Of a stretch of DNA of 64,000 nt, positions 50,801-62,594 are shown piece by piece. The notes beneath the pieces were generated by a model. That model was not told where the DNA came from and did no database searches. It saw only the letters and a list, made by a program, of their open reading frames with translations. A program made the position numbers and the translations under genes. The first letter of the stretch is position 1; each line of letters begins with the position of its first letter. The stretch is from Trichosphaerium sp. ATCC 40318 (taxonomy: Eukaryota > Protista > Tubulinea): contig JALMLS010000143.1 of NCBI GenBank assembly GCA_038496445.1, positions 248,001-312,000 on the forward strand. Direction: 5' to 3'.

Positions 50801-51049
50801 TCGGGATGGTGGGTGGGTGATAATCCGAAGAGACGATGCAATCAAAGAATTAAAAAAAGAGAAATATAATTTCGTTTTTTAAGTTACTTGTAACAATACT
50901 TCAATTGTCACTGCTACGAAGGACAATGAAGCATAACTTCACTTCAGTTGTTTGTTGACCTGTTTACATACCGACCACTTTAGATGATGAACGTGTATCT
51001 TGTAACAATATTAGACATGCGTCAACAGCTATAGTGGCTTCAAGGTTTT
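47879..51049 (+). repeat. Right arm of the 3.2 kb inverted duplication
   Basis: Reverse complement of 33747-36923. Confidence 0.95.
47919..50503 (+). CDS. Sedolisin (S53) / tripeptidyl-peptidase I-like protease, copy 2
   Basis: Same exon structure and catalytic motifs as copy 1; ends FAAMKEYVMNLP*. Confidence 0.95.
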
Positions 51050-53057
51050 TTGCACCATATTCATTCTTCAGTCCCATTTCTTAGCTGCTCATTAACTGGG
51101 CAAGAATTTGCTACTGCCCTATTCCGGAACCACGCCACAGCAGCTCTCACAGTATAGAAAATCGTCTTAACACATGTAGTAAAGTCAAGTGCCTTCAACT
51201 TTTTGGTTTTTTTAGATACAACTACGATGCACGATATATTACCGCAGGCTATCACCAGTTTTACCCTTTCAATTGCTATCACTGGTTTAAGACTACTTCA
51301 CATTCTGGGTGAGTGCGTTCATATGGTTGTGGAGGTTATCCATGATTGCAAGTGTTTTTTAACATATTCAATAGGTTTTTTCCGCATATAACACTTGCAT
51401 GTGTAATGCATCTCTAATAGGCTCAAGGAACACTTGCCAGTACAAGACAATATAATTTATACTAGCAGAATCTCAATTTAAACAGTCATAAACACTTGAC
51501 TTTATTCTTCAGAAACACTAGCAATGCAAACACCTAATGCTAAAACCTTTACTGCAACAAACAGTATTAAGTGTTATGGTGAAAGACATCAACTTACTAA
51601 TCTACACTGATGTTATGATGTCCTACACTTTTCTTGTTTTAAAACAGAGTAAATAGTAAAAATGCACATGTCAATAGCGTTTGAGCCAAAAGTACTCACA
51701 AAGACATTTTTTTTCCCAACATTAACAATCAATTTACTATATCTGGTATTGCTTTGGGTATCCTTACACAAGTGCAAGTGATGGATTTAGCATGGCACGT
51801 TTATGTGATGCAAAAATGGTCAGTTTTCTATGTAGAGTTTTCTTAAAAACACATATTATAGGCTAGGGCCAACACGGTCCAAACAACAAATAGCTGTAAC
51901 TGGAAGAATGGGGTTAGATATGCGTAGCAGAATATAATTAAGGTAGCCTACGTGAGTTTTATCTTTTTTATTACCTTTTTGTTTTAAACGGTGTTTTGTG
52001 CAAACCCACACTCCCTTTACGCATAATTAACTGTGTTTAGAGTATTGTTGCTCGATTTTAGAGAGCAAACCGTTTTTTCAGCCAATAACTGCTGTACAAT
52101 GACTATAACTTCTGGTTCCACCTAAATGGAGCTTGGTATACGTATGGCGAGACTGAGGTCATGAGCAAGTGCTCAAGGAACATACGCTTATTCCTTAAGG
52201 CAACAGTTCTTGTCTTTTTTAGTAAGTACTGTTTTTCACGCTTGCAACATAATTTTGCGCTTTGACACTCCGTATTCTCATTTAACAGTATGTTTTAAAG
52301 CCGATAAGCGTTGTGGATGCTTAGTAATCTAGCTCTTGCAAACAAACAGTGCTAGCACAATGGTATCATTCAATAAATGCTAGTTACCATGTTTAAAGTG
52401 GCCACAGCTACTTTGTGGACTACTAGGCTTGTATTCAATGAAACTTACCTTAAAACCACAAGTTTGTTCTACAAACCATACTACAGCGTTAAAACGCATA
52501 GGGAAAGCCGAATTGATCTTTAAACACGAGAAATAACGCCAGCGAACCAAAATGATCAAACTGTCTATGTTTTCCTACCTAGTAGTGTTGGCAGCGTCTA
52601 ATAGGTCATTAAAAGAGGTTTATGAAGTGTAATAACGAATGTCGAACTAAATCAGCCACAAACACAACAAATATTGTCTATTTTAATTTTACAGCGTATT
52701 ATATATAGAACAATGTAATGCGTGAAGGATATAAATGAAAGCAAATAAGGGCTCAGGTAAAAAAAAACCCAAAAAAACAATTCACAAAACCTAAAAAAGG
52801 AAAGTGAAAAATTTATTTGAAAAACGGGCTGAAAAGCTCGTCATATACGCACACATGTGTTGTTATAGCAGTAAAACAGTTACAACGTGTTGTGAATAAG
52901 GATAAGCGAGATATTCGCGTGTTTCACCGAATTGCGTATTAAGCTAAAATCGCCCAAAGCGCACAAAACAAATTGTGACTACCTGTATGGTATGCGCCAC
53001 ATCTAATAAACGCTATGGAGCGTATAAAACGAGAAATATGATGTTGTGAAGGTGCAC

Positions 53058-53071
53058 AAAAAAGCCAAAAA
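53058..53071 (-). terminator. Pol III terminator T-runs downstream of the tRNA
   Basis: T5 (53067-53071) and T6 (53058-53063) on the minus strand, starting 8 nt after the tRNA 3' end. Confidence 0.65.
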
Positions 53072-53078
53072 GGTTATT

Positions 53079-53149
53079 GGGCCTTGCCTGGAATCGAACC
53101 AGGGCCACTTGAACCCAAATCAAGTATTTTACCACTTAACTACAAGGCC
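53079..53149 (-). tRNA. tRNA-Pro (anticodon TGG), 71 nt, no intron
   Basis: Acceptor GGCCTTG/CAAGGCC, anticodon stem CTTGA/TCAAG with loop TTTGGGT, T-arm CCTGG-TTCGATT-CCAGG, discriminator C. Confidence 0.93.
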
Positions 53150-55926
53150 ACATTTGTTGTTTAGTCGGAAAACCTTTTATAAGAAACAAACGCTATTCAA
53201 TCATGGACTAGCTAGAACAGTTACACACAAGCACACGTAATTTAGAGGCTGATTTTCAGAGCTTACAAACGTTTTACAGTGCATACTACTTTTTTACGTT
53301 GAAACCCCTTATTTTTCCCAAAAACATAACAAAACGTAGTTAACAGTGTACAAAACGCCATTTTAGACATATAGGCTATGAAATTAACGCATTTTTTGCT
53401 TTTTTACGCCTAGTTGTGTTACAACCGCGTATTTGAACGATTTATTACCCCCACGTGCTTTCTAGAAAGTTTGCGCTGTTTTAATGCCATCAGCTTCTTA
53501 AACGCTCAGTAAATGGCATGAGAGCAGTTGGCACATGTAGACATACCGTTTACAGCAACTAAGTAAAAAGTACAACGGTTTGAACGCAATTGCGTAAAGC
53601 ACGTGCAAAAACACGTTTGATGGCAAAATACCCATTACCACGTGTGTTATCTAACTGAAACACAACTTTTCAGGTTTTTGTAACGTTTTTTTAAGTACCG
53701 CTTATATTTAAGCATGTGGAAGTCCATAGCGCATGCCAGTAACCTATACTTGTTACTGTAACCTTTTCAGCATTCATTAGAGCCAGAAAAACGGAAATGG
53801 TCCAAATAAAACAATACCATTGGCTACATACTTGTATACACTCAATGTATGTAGTGTATCATGTAAAACGTAGTTTTAGCAACTTGTTTACCACGTGCAC
53901 TCCGCATTTGTTGAAACGATTAAATTTACCTATCAGTACCTAGTGTGGTGACACTATTACACTCACGAACCATGACAGTGTTCTTTGTAAGTTTTTAGAG
54001 ATGTCTTTAAACTAAGTCTGTAAGGTGGTACTTATCCAGAAGTGCAAACCCTGTTGAGTGGAACACTGCGACAAGAGGTATCTCAAAGAAGCAGTTGGGA
54101 TAACGTGACACAAATTGCAGCTCTATTTGCATGGTAGCAGTACATGAAACGTCACTCTAATTCTTGGCAACCTTTTCACAACTGTTGTCTGGTTTTGCTG
54201 GAGGTATCATTAAACCAGATTGAGTGTGTACAAGCAATTGTGACTACACAGGTTGATTCAAAAGAATGTGCGCGTTTGGTACTTATCATGCAAATTTATG
54301 TACAAGACAGCCCATTTGATAATACCAAGCTTTTTTACTAGCGATTGTCATCATACATACTTACGACTGTCAAAAAAGCTTCATAAATGTAGTTAATTTC
54401 ATTTCTTCAAAGCTAAAGTCTTTCTTAAACAGCTGCGAGCCTGAACCCACCACCTCATAGTCTTCGCTGCCTAACCGCACAGCAAAATCAACGCTCTTGA
54501 CAAATGAAATGAGCGTTTCTGACATAAGTATACCACGAGCGGACTGGTTTAACAAACTAGTGAGAATAACTGCAACAAAACCAACATACATTAAAAAAAA
54601 AGAGTCGTACTGTTAACCCTATTTTGTTTCAGAATGGAGCAAATTGATGTCGACAGTTTCAATCGGTAGCTGCGACATTTTCAAATGACGAACTGTCCGA
54701 CAGCCAAGAGCTGTTTGCCATATGTCTCTTTGATCAGTTCAGCCAACTGGAAACGTACAATTACGTCAGCAAAAAAAGTGACATTGTCCAGATTAAAAGT
54801 AGTCGTGCCTCGGCCTACATCTATACCAATGCGTATTGCTTACTTACATTCATAGCGATTAGCTCTAGGATAGCAATTGCACCACATAGAGCCATCATCA
54901 TGGCTACATCTTCCAGCACTAGGTGTTAGTGCACCTTCTACCACAGTTTCTCTTGTTTGGGCAGTCATACTAAGCTTTAAATTGAGTGGAAAGTTGAATG
55001 TGTAGGAGATGAACAAGTATGTACACCATCATAATAGGTATCTGGGCATGTTCTCATTTACTAGCACAAAAAGTTCCAGCTTTACCATCTGCATGTTTGT
55101 AGAGTTTTGAAAATACAAGTTTTACTTGGGCGTCCTGAGTTATACTAACAAAAACTTACTACTGAGTTTTGTACTGTTTTCGTTCAATGAAAAGACATGT
55201 TTACCGTAAAAGTCACCAATCAATCAAGCTTATTTTCGCTTTAAACAACTTGATTGGGTATTAAAATGGCTCTAGAGTAACTTTCCGATATTAAATTTCA
55301 ATTGGTGTCCGCTGTGAACAAATCTCGAGATTTGAAAAACAAAGTTGCAAAAAAACAATCAACACTACTTTTAGAGGCCTACTGTTCAACCAACTTAACA
55401 ATTATCTTTAAACTAACTGAACCAACTCATTGTCGAGTATACTGTTGTAGATTACTATCTTGGTTACCTCAAGCCTAGTAAAGTTGGAGTCCGCTTCATA
55501 GATGATGAGGTTGTCTCCTTGTACTAAATTGAAAAATTGCACTCTTTTAATCAACATGGTACCAGGAGTGTCTTTAAAGATTCCTCTACTGGAGTCAAAC
55601 TAGTATTGGCGAAGTTAACAGAGGGAACAAAACTTTGGACTTCCAAAAACACGATATCTCACGGAGCTTAAAATCTCCTGTATTTCAGTTCTAGCATATG
55701 TTAGACATTGATTGTTTATCAGTAAAACGTATGAGACGTAACTGCCAAAGTACTCCCCGTGAAATGAGATTGTAGACCGAGCCAAATAGAGAAGTATTAA
55801 GTAGGTACCTACTTAATCTGTTTTTTTTATACATACGTGGAGTCTCCCGTTTCAGCTCGTAAGGTTTCCCTTTTTATCTACCAATAAAGTATTTATACGA
55901 TACCCTTAGAATTACTCCGAATAACA

Positions 55927-57164
55927 ATGGCCTCAGAACACTTTCGATTGTACCAGCAAAACGTGATTTCTTTTTTAATATTATTACTATCAATCTGTTG
56001 CTTTGGCCAACAAAGAGATTCTGGTATTATTTTTGATGATTTTGATACCGATACAGCAACTATACGAATAACAGAAACATCGTTTGAAACAGGTACACAT
56101 GCGAGTGCTTAAATTTTAATTTTCTTTGCTGGGCATTAGAATTCAAGAACGCCCACAATATTCTTTTGCTTATTTTTCGTAACACGTGATAAATTGTCTT
56201 TCATTACTGAATAAACGTTTATCTTTATTGTTTTGCTAACACCAATTTAGCCACTGATTTTATGACCTTTGAAAACTTTGCTAGTGCTTCTTTAGACGTG
56301 AGTGTAGCACTAAGTATGTACACATTATACTACTAAGTTTACTGACAATTTCAAAAAGTGTCGGTACCCGATGGATCAGCAATTGTTTATAGCCGAGGAT
56401 CTGATGTGCGAGTAAAGACCCACGATAACATGGAGATTTGCAGAGCCACATTTGCTAGTGAAAATTACATTGCCGGAAGCTTCGTTAATGACAACACTTT
56501 TTATACATACGATACAGTCAATCGTGTTTTCTTGCGTTTCACGCTTGATATCAATGCTACACCTTGTATTTCTGATCCAGTAGTATCATGTGGCTTTCCT
56601 CAAGATGAACTTTTCGATTGTACATAACACTTTACCTCTTTTTTTTTTACCAGTGTCTAAACACATGTTTTAAACTTTAATACTGTTTGCTAATAGATTT
56701 CATAGTCGATATAGATGGTGATAACTTATATATTTTTCAATCATTTGTGCGTGATGTGGTTAGGAATGCTCCACACTTATACGAAGCAAGCGCATTGTCA
56801 GGATCAAGTTGCACCTTCGTTAGTGATTTGACTACACAATGGGGTGGTGTTGCTATTGAGGAGCCTTTTGACATAGTTGTTGCTGATGGCGCTCCAATAG
56901 TAAGTTCTGGAGTGCGAGCCCGTCTTTATTCTGTTCCATCGGGTACAGCAACGCTTTAACCTTGCTTTGTTTAATATACACTGGTTCTTTCTAAACCAAC
57001 TTATTTCCATAGGTAGTATAGAAAGAACTTTAGGGGCGTCAGCAATTATTGATAATTTTGGAACCACAGAATTGGCTTTTTACCCTGGTTTCACCCCGCC
57101 AGCAACACTAGCACCTGTATATATAACTGGAAGAGAACGTTGTATTCGTAGACTATCTGAATAA
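55927..57164 (+). CDS. Predicted secreted beta-rich protein of unknown function, multi-exon
   Basis: Hydrophobic signal-like ISFLILLLSICCFG; successive acidic, beta-strand-like exons separated by GT-AG introns; no family motif recognised. Confidence 0.65.
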
Positions 57165-57464
57165 ATATCATTTAATGCCACTGTTGGCTGAATAATTTAT
57201 AAGTTTGTGTAATAGTTGTAATCTAACAACCAAAAAGTTGATAGCACTTGACCTTACTGCGTATGCATACCTTTGTGTATTGTTTGTAAACATATACAAT
57301 TACAACATAGCGTGGTTGATGAGTCAGCAAGACAACAATTGACATATATAGAGGAGTAGAAAAACGCAAGAAAAAGCTTACACTATTTTCGAAAAACTTC
57401 AATGTTGACGCACTGCATGACATAACACCGAAGCTATCACCAGTTGTACCCTTTCTTGGGGTTT

Positions 57465-57666
57465 ACGTAAAAAAGTAGTATGCACTGTAAAACGTTTGTA
57501 AGCTCTGAAAATCAGCCTCTAAATTACGTGTGCTTGTGTGTAACTGTTCTAGCTAGTCCATGATTGAATAGCGTTTGTTTCTTATAAAAGGTTTTCCGAC
57601 TAAACAACAAATGTGGCCTTGTAGTTAAGTGGTAAAATACTTGATTTGGGTTCAAGTGGCCCTGGT
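57465..57666 (+). repeat. 202-bp inverted copy of 53098-53299 ending in a truncated tRNA-Pro (57615-57666)
   Basis: Identical by eye to the reverse complement; the tRNA copy stops at CCTGGT and lacks the rest of the T-arm and the 3' acceptor strand. Confidence 0.92.
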
Positions 57667-58239
57667 GAAGAGTTAAAAAAAACACAAATCGCATTCCAAA
57701 AAACAGGGCGGCGCAAAACCAAGAAAAAAGTGAGAAGGCACAAAACGCCAGGTCCGTGACACGTGCAAAAAGCGGTCAGAACAAATTGTACAATGAAATA
57801 TCACCACCACCTAAAACTAGAAAACAGACACATAAACACAGCTTACACGTTGTTTTTGGTATACACGAAAAACTTGAACCAGATTTCATATATTGAAGTT
57901 TTACGCATTCCTGGTTTTTCCTGCTGTATGCTATTTATATTGTTGCACATCCCTCCATACTTGTTGCTTCTAGGAAAGGCTTTTACCATGAACGATATTG
58001 GATGTTGAGGTGTTGTTATTACTATCCTAATGGGCAAACTTTTGACTAACTTGTTGGTTTTGTTCTATTTGGGTACGTTTTGAACCGAAATACTAATTTC
58101 CAAAACAAATCTACAGATCTGGCTACCTATCAGTTAGGGAAAAATAATTGCAGTTACAAAAAGAGTACTTATGGCTCTGTAAAGTCACAAACCAGACGCA
58201 AAACAACTCAAGTTGAATGCTAGAATTTTTTTCTTTTAT

Positions 58240-60660
58240 TTACATTTCCAACTCTTCTTTTATTCTTGTAAGCAAACGTTTGTTGATTTTCTTTTTATCC
58301 AAAAGCTCATAGAATGTCTTACTGAATGTGACACAAAATTGCTTCAGTTCTGGACACTTATACTTCTCTGCAAACTCGTACATATCAGAAACGTTGTTTA
58401 CAGTAATATGCTTATTCAATAAACGCTCACTGCTTGATTTCAAGTGCTCCAGAAGGTATTTGTCTCCTAAAACAGCCAGATCAAGTATACTATCAGTTTC
58501 AAGGTCCTCAGTCACCAATACGCCTGTATAAAGGTATTCCAGCATAACTTTAAATACTGCGTAAGATGAATCTACAATTTTGATTTTATTCTCCACAGCT
58601 TCTTTCATACCTGACCTAACAAAACTTGAGTACTTACGACAGAAATGAAAACCACGTAAAGGAAAGTACTATGCGTAAAGGAATGGTTCATTGAAAATGA
58701 GAAGCACTTGTCTACGCGTACCGCAACATTGTTTTAAATCTCTCACATCGTGCTGCCAGTACGCCTTTATGTACGTGAATCTTCTTATTACCCTCATTAG
58801 GAAAAACAAAGCACATATCACTGAACTCCTTCTTGCCTAACATTCTTCTCATATCGCTATGGAATGTATTAGGCCTTGAGTCCAAGTATGTATCTAGGTG
58901 TTACGTGAGTTAAAACATGTCTAACAACAATATCATTGAGTACCGAAGCTATAGCTTTTTATATCATTAAAACAGTAGTTGTGTATGTTCTTACCACCAA
59001 ATATGTACATTTTACCTAGGTTCAAATCGAATAAGTAATTGAATGTTCTCAAAATTATGTACCATTTGAAACGAATGCAGAATGAAAGTAACGTGGTTCT
59101 ATGCCTTCAGCAGGTAATTTCGCCCATTGACAAGACGCTTTTTAAGAAAAAAACTGAGTTCACAGATAATAGTAAAATCAAGAAGTGACTTTGATTGAAC
59201 GAGAAAGAAATATGCCATACCTAAGTCAAATCGCCAAACATCTTTAAAGTTTATAACATTATCACAACCACCACAAAGAATAATTGAATCTTTTACAAGA
59301 GATGCTGTATGACCCCATCGCTTACTTGGTGGATTACCAAGTGTATAGAGTTTAGACCATGTCCTACTACCTAACAAACCACATTAAGCCAAAAGAAAAG
59401 CGCAAAATTGAAGGTATATAAGTTCGCTAAAACGAAACCTCATAGCACCACTGAACCCATGAACTGGGTTCAAGAGCTATGTAAAGGTATTTCACGTGAT
59501 AAAGTTAACAAGGTTGTTAAGGTGTTGTCAATAAGGACGTACCGAATCTATATTCATACATTTTATTATCTGGCTTCTCTTGTATCCCACCGAAGACATA
59601 CATGGTACCATTATTTACTACTGATATATGGTGAAAAGTTTCAGGTGCTTCACCATGGAATGTAATATTACGCCATTCTCTACTATCTTGAAAAAAAAAA
59701 TAAACAAATAAAAAAAAACGTGGAAAAGTCATCTTTGACTTGTCGTATTACTAGAGAACTTACCAAATCTATACTCATATAAATCATTGCACTTATACCC
59801 AAAATCATCATAACCACCGAAAATATACATACATTTGTTATGTATAACGGCTGTATGACCATAACGATTAGAAGGTGGTTTGCCTGAAAAATTGCCAAGT
59901 TTTTCCCAGCAAAATTCCTCTACGTCAAATGTCAAACAATAATAACAACAAGTAGCAAGTGTAATCACAAGATAAAATATACACGAAGCAAAAGCAAACA
60001 ATAAAAGACACTTGCAAACGTAGGAAAAGCAAGAATAAATTAAAAAAAACGCACGTAGATCAAGCCTGTGCAAGTCGTTCATGTAACCATTACTCTTTCC
60101 ACCAAAGACGTACATACCGCTTTCATATACAGATGCAGTATGAAAGTGTCTCTCTAAACATAAACTCAAAAAAAAACACGTGGAAGGCGTAAAAAAGCCA
60201 AATAAAGTAAAAGAATGAGACCAACTTTTGTGTACGTCAGTTAAAGAAAAAAAACTGTTTCAAACTCACCTGAAGGCGGTTTCCCTCGCACTTTACGTGT
60301 TTCCCATGTCTTGGTAGCTACAAATGGAGTAAGCGCGTGAGATTCTAAATTCCAAGTTGGCGTACCGACGTCAAATACCCATAAGGTGTTATGAAAAGTA
60401 TGGCCATGATCTAAACCGCCCATACAATAGATTTTGCCACGATATGTAACTATCGACTGGCCGTATAGTTCTGGAGGTCCTTAAACGATATGTCAACCGA
60501 TATAACGCAAAAAAACCGGTTTACCATCGCCTTTTGTTTTTGTAAGTTGAAAAGGGTCTAAAACGATAAGAACACGGTCCAAACATTATCGTGGCATACA
60601 TTGAGACGGATGGATGTCCGTTTTCTTTCTAGATCTACTAGGACGCGCCATTGTACTCAT
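58240..60660 (-). CDS. Kelch-repeat plus BTB protein (LZTR1-like architecture)
   Basis: Kelch blades (RHFHTASVYESGMYVFGG, RYGHTAVIHNKCMYIFGG, RWGHTASLV), BTB (FSDMCFVF...HVHKGVLAARC...MLEYLYTG) and a BACK-like tail. Confidence 0.92.
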
Positions 60661-60913
60661 GGAATTAACGTGTAGTTCTATTAGGCAAACAGCTATTTGT
60701 GCAAGTCAAACAAACGTCTACTGAGTAAAAACCACCCAAAACGGTTCAATAACTATTTGATGACAGGTCAACGCGACATTTTAAGTGTCACTGCAACATC
60801 AACGAAGTTCATTTCTCTATCGACCTCTTTATTCTGATTGGTACCAGGAAGTATAAAATTGGGCTATTCACAAAACACCACGAAAAAAAAAAAATAAAAA
60901 CGTGATTATCAGT

Positions 60914-62322
60914 CTACACTTTAGCTGCATTTGCTTCCTCAGGCAAGACCTCCGGCAAAGGCTTTGCCTCTTTTTCATGCATGGCTTGTATCTAATAAAA
61001 TGTGGTTAGGTAAAAACACTACTAGTAGATAGATGTACCTTTGTGTAAGTGTAGTAGAACACGCCAAGCTACAGAAAAAAACGAATTTAATAAATGTAAA
61101 AAATAAGATCATAAACAAGGTACCATTGTAAGAGACATCCCAAATATATTCATTCCGTCAATTTGCTGTCCAAATACAAGAAATGAACCAAGAACAACAG
61201 TAACTGATTTAGCTTGTCCAAGAATTTGATATGTCACAGGTGACACATTGCGCAATGTCAAGAAAATTGTGAGATTCACAGAAAACGCGAGCACCCCAGA
61301 TAAACACAAAACAAACTACGTAAAAAACAGTAAGACAACGCTAAATAAATCTGAGTGTATAGTCCAACAGAAAAACATACTATTGCTGTTGGTGTTGGCT
61401 CATAATTCAACAAACCTAAATAAAAACATCAATAAAGCATTTCCGGCTATCTATGTCACTATTTTTAGTTTCGCACCTTCGTCAGAAGAAACATCATCAA
61501 TAGCAGGAATAAATAAAGATTGTGTCACAATACTAATAGGTACAACATAAAGCATAAGTTGTTGACCAGTGACGCCAAGATCTGATTGTTTTTGCCGAAT
61601 CCACTAAAATTTCAAAATAAGCCTCCATTTCGCTTCTGAATTCGTACAATTTGGGCAAAGCATGACGTAAAAACGCATAAACAAGCCATTAATACGCCTA
61701 TGGCGTTTGTTTCTAGATCAGTGTTCCCAGCAACGAAAGCTCCGCCAAGAATAGGAACAACATAGAAAAGTTGCTTAAACTCAAGTTTCCCTTTATAAAA
61801 GAGGAACATAATAACTAGAGTTGCTGGTATAATCGTTACTTTAGAAATCTACAAAAAAAAAAAAGTTAACGTTTGACACGTAGATTATGTTGGAATGCTT
61901 TTGTTGTTGCGAATTATGTCGTACTTGGTAGAATCCGAGCGAATTGAAGCGTATTGATAAATTACAAAAAGGAACCGAAAGCGCATAAGCTACCGCTAGT
62001 ACTATGATTTCCATCACTGGTATTTGTTTGTACTGTCAATGCTCGTTAGCGATTTTTGGTTGTGCTATTTGATGTTTGGTACCTCAAACAGCCCAAAGTA
62101 TACGCAAGACCATAGACCAACGAAGGTGAAAGCAAAATGGACGACAGATAGTGTCGTGCCTAAAAAAGTGCCATGTTAGCCAAAACAGCAACAAAAAGAG
62201 CATTCAGTACCGAATTTAAAGCCGTGCCACTTGAAAAGCATTTTGTTGCAGAATACTATAGACACGGAAGAAAAGTAATTCGCACACATGTAGAAAGTGC
62301 CCCATGAGAAAGGCGTGCTCAT
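60914..62322 (-). CDS. Nucleotide-sugar / triose-phosphate transporter family (SLC35E3-like)
   Basis: SSVSIVFCNKMLF...GFKFGTTLSVVHF, NSLGFYQISKVTIIP, VSPVTYQILGQAKSVTV. Confidence 0.9.
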
Positions 62323-62594
62323 TGTGTGGATTCAATTATAAGATTTTGTTTAAAAACAGTATTTGACCAATCAATGGCTTTCTATACGCCAATACAAGCT
62401 ACCAAATAATTGTCAACGTGGTTGACACAAGCAGACTTATTAAATTGCTTGTTTTTTGCTTACGGTTAGGTTACCTGTTTATTTTTGGTGCTAAAGCTAT
62501 CTGGAATGCTTCTAAAGGTTATTATGACGTTTATGTAGCTTAATACGGTCAGCGTGAATTCTTGTCAAAATTTGGCAATAAACTCGAGGATACC

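Noticed and set aside
53046-53240. 64-aa ORF in the track
   Set aside because: Antisense overlap of the tRNA-Pro gene.
53950-55120. Possible minus-strand gene relic (ORF 54370-54591)
   Set aside because: Could not build a consistent spliced frame or identify a family.
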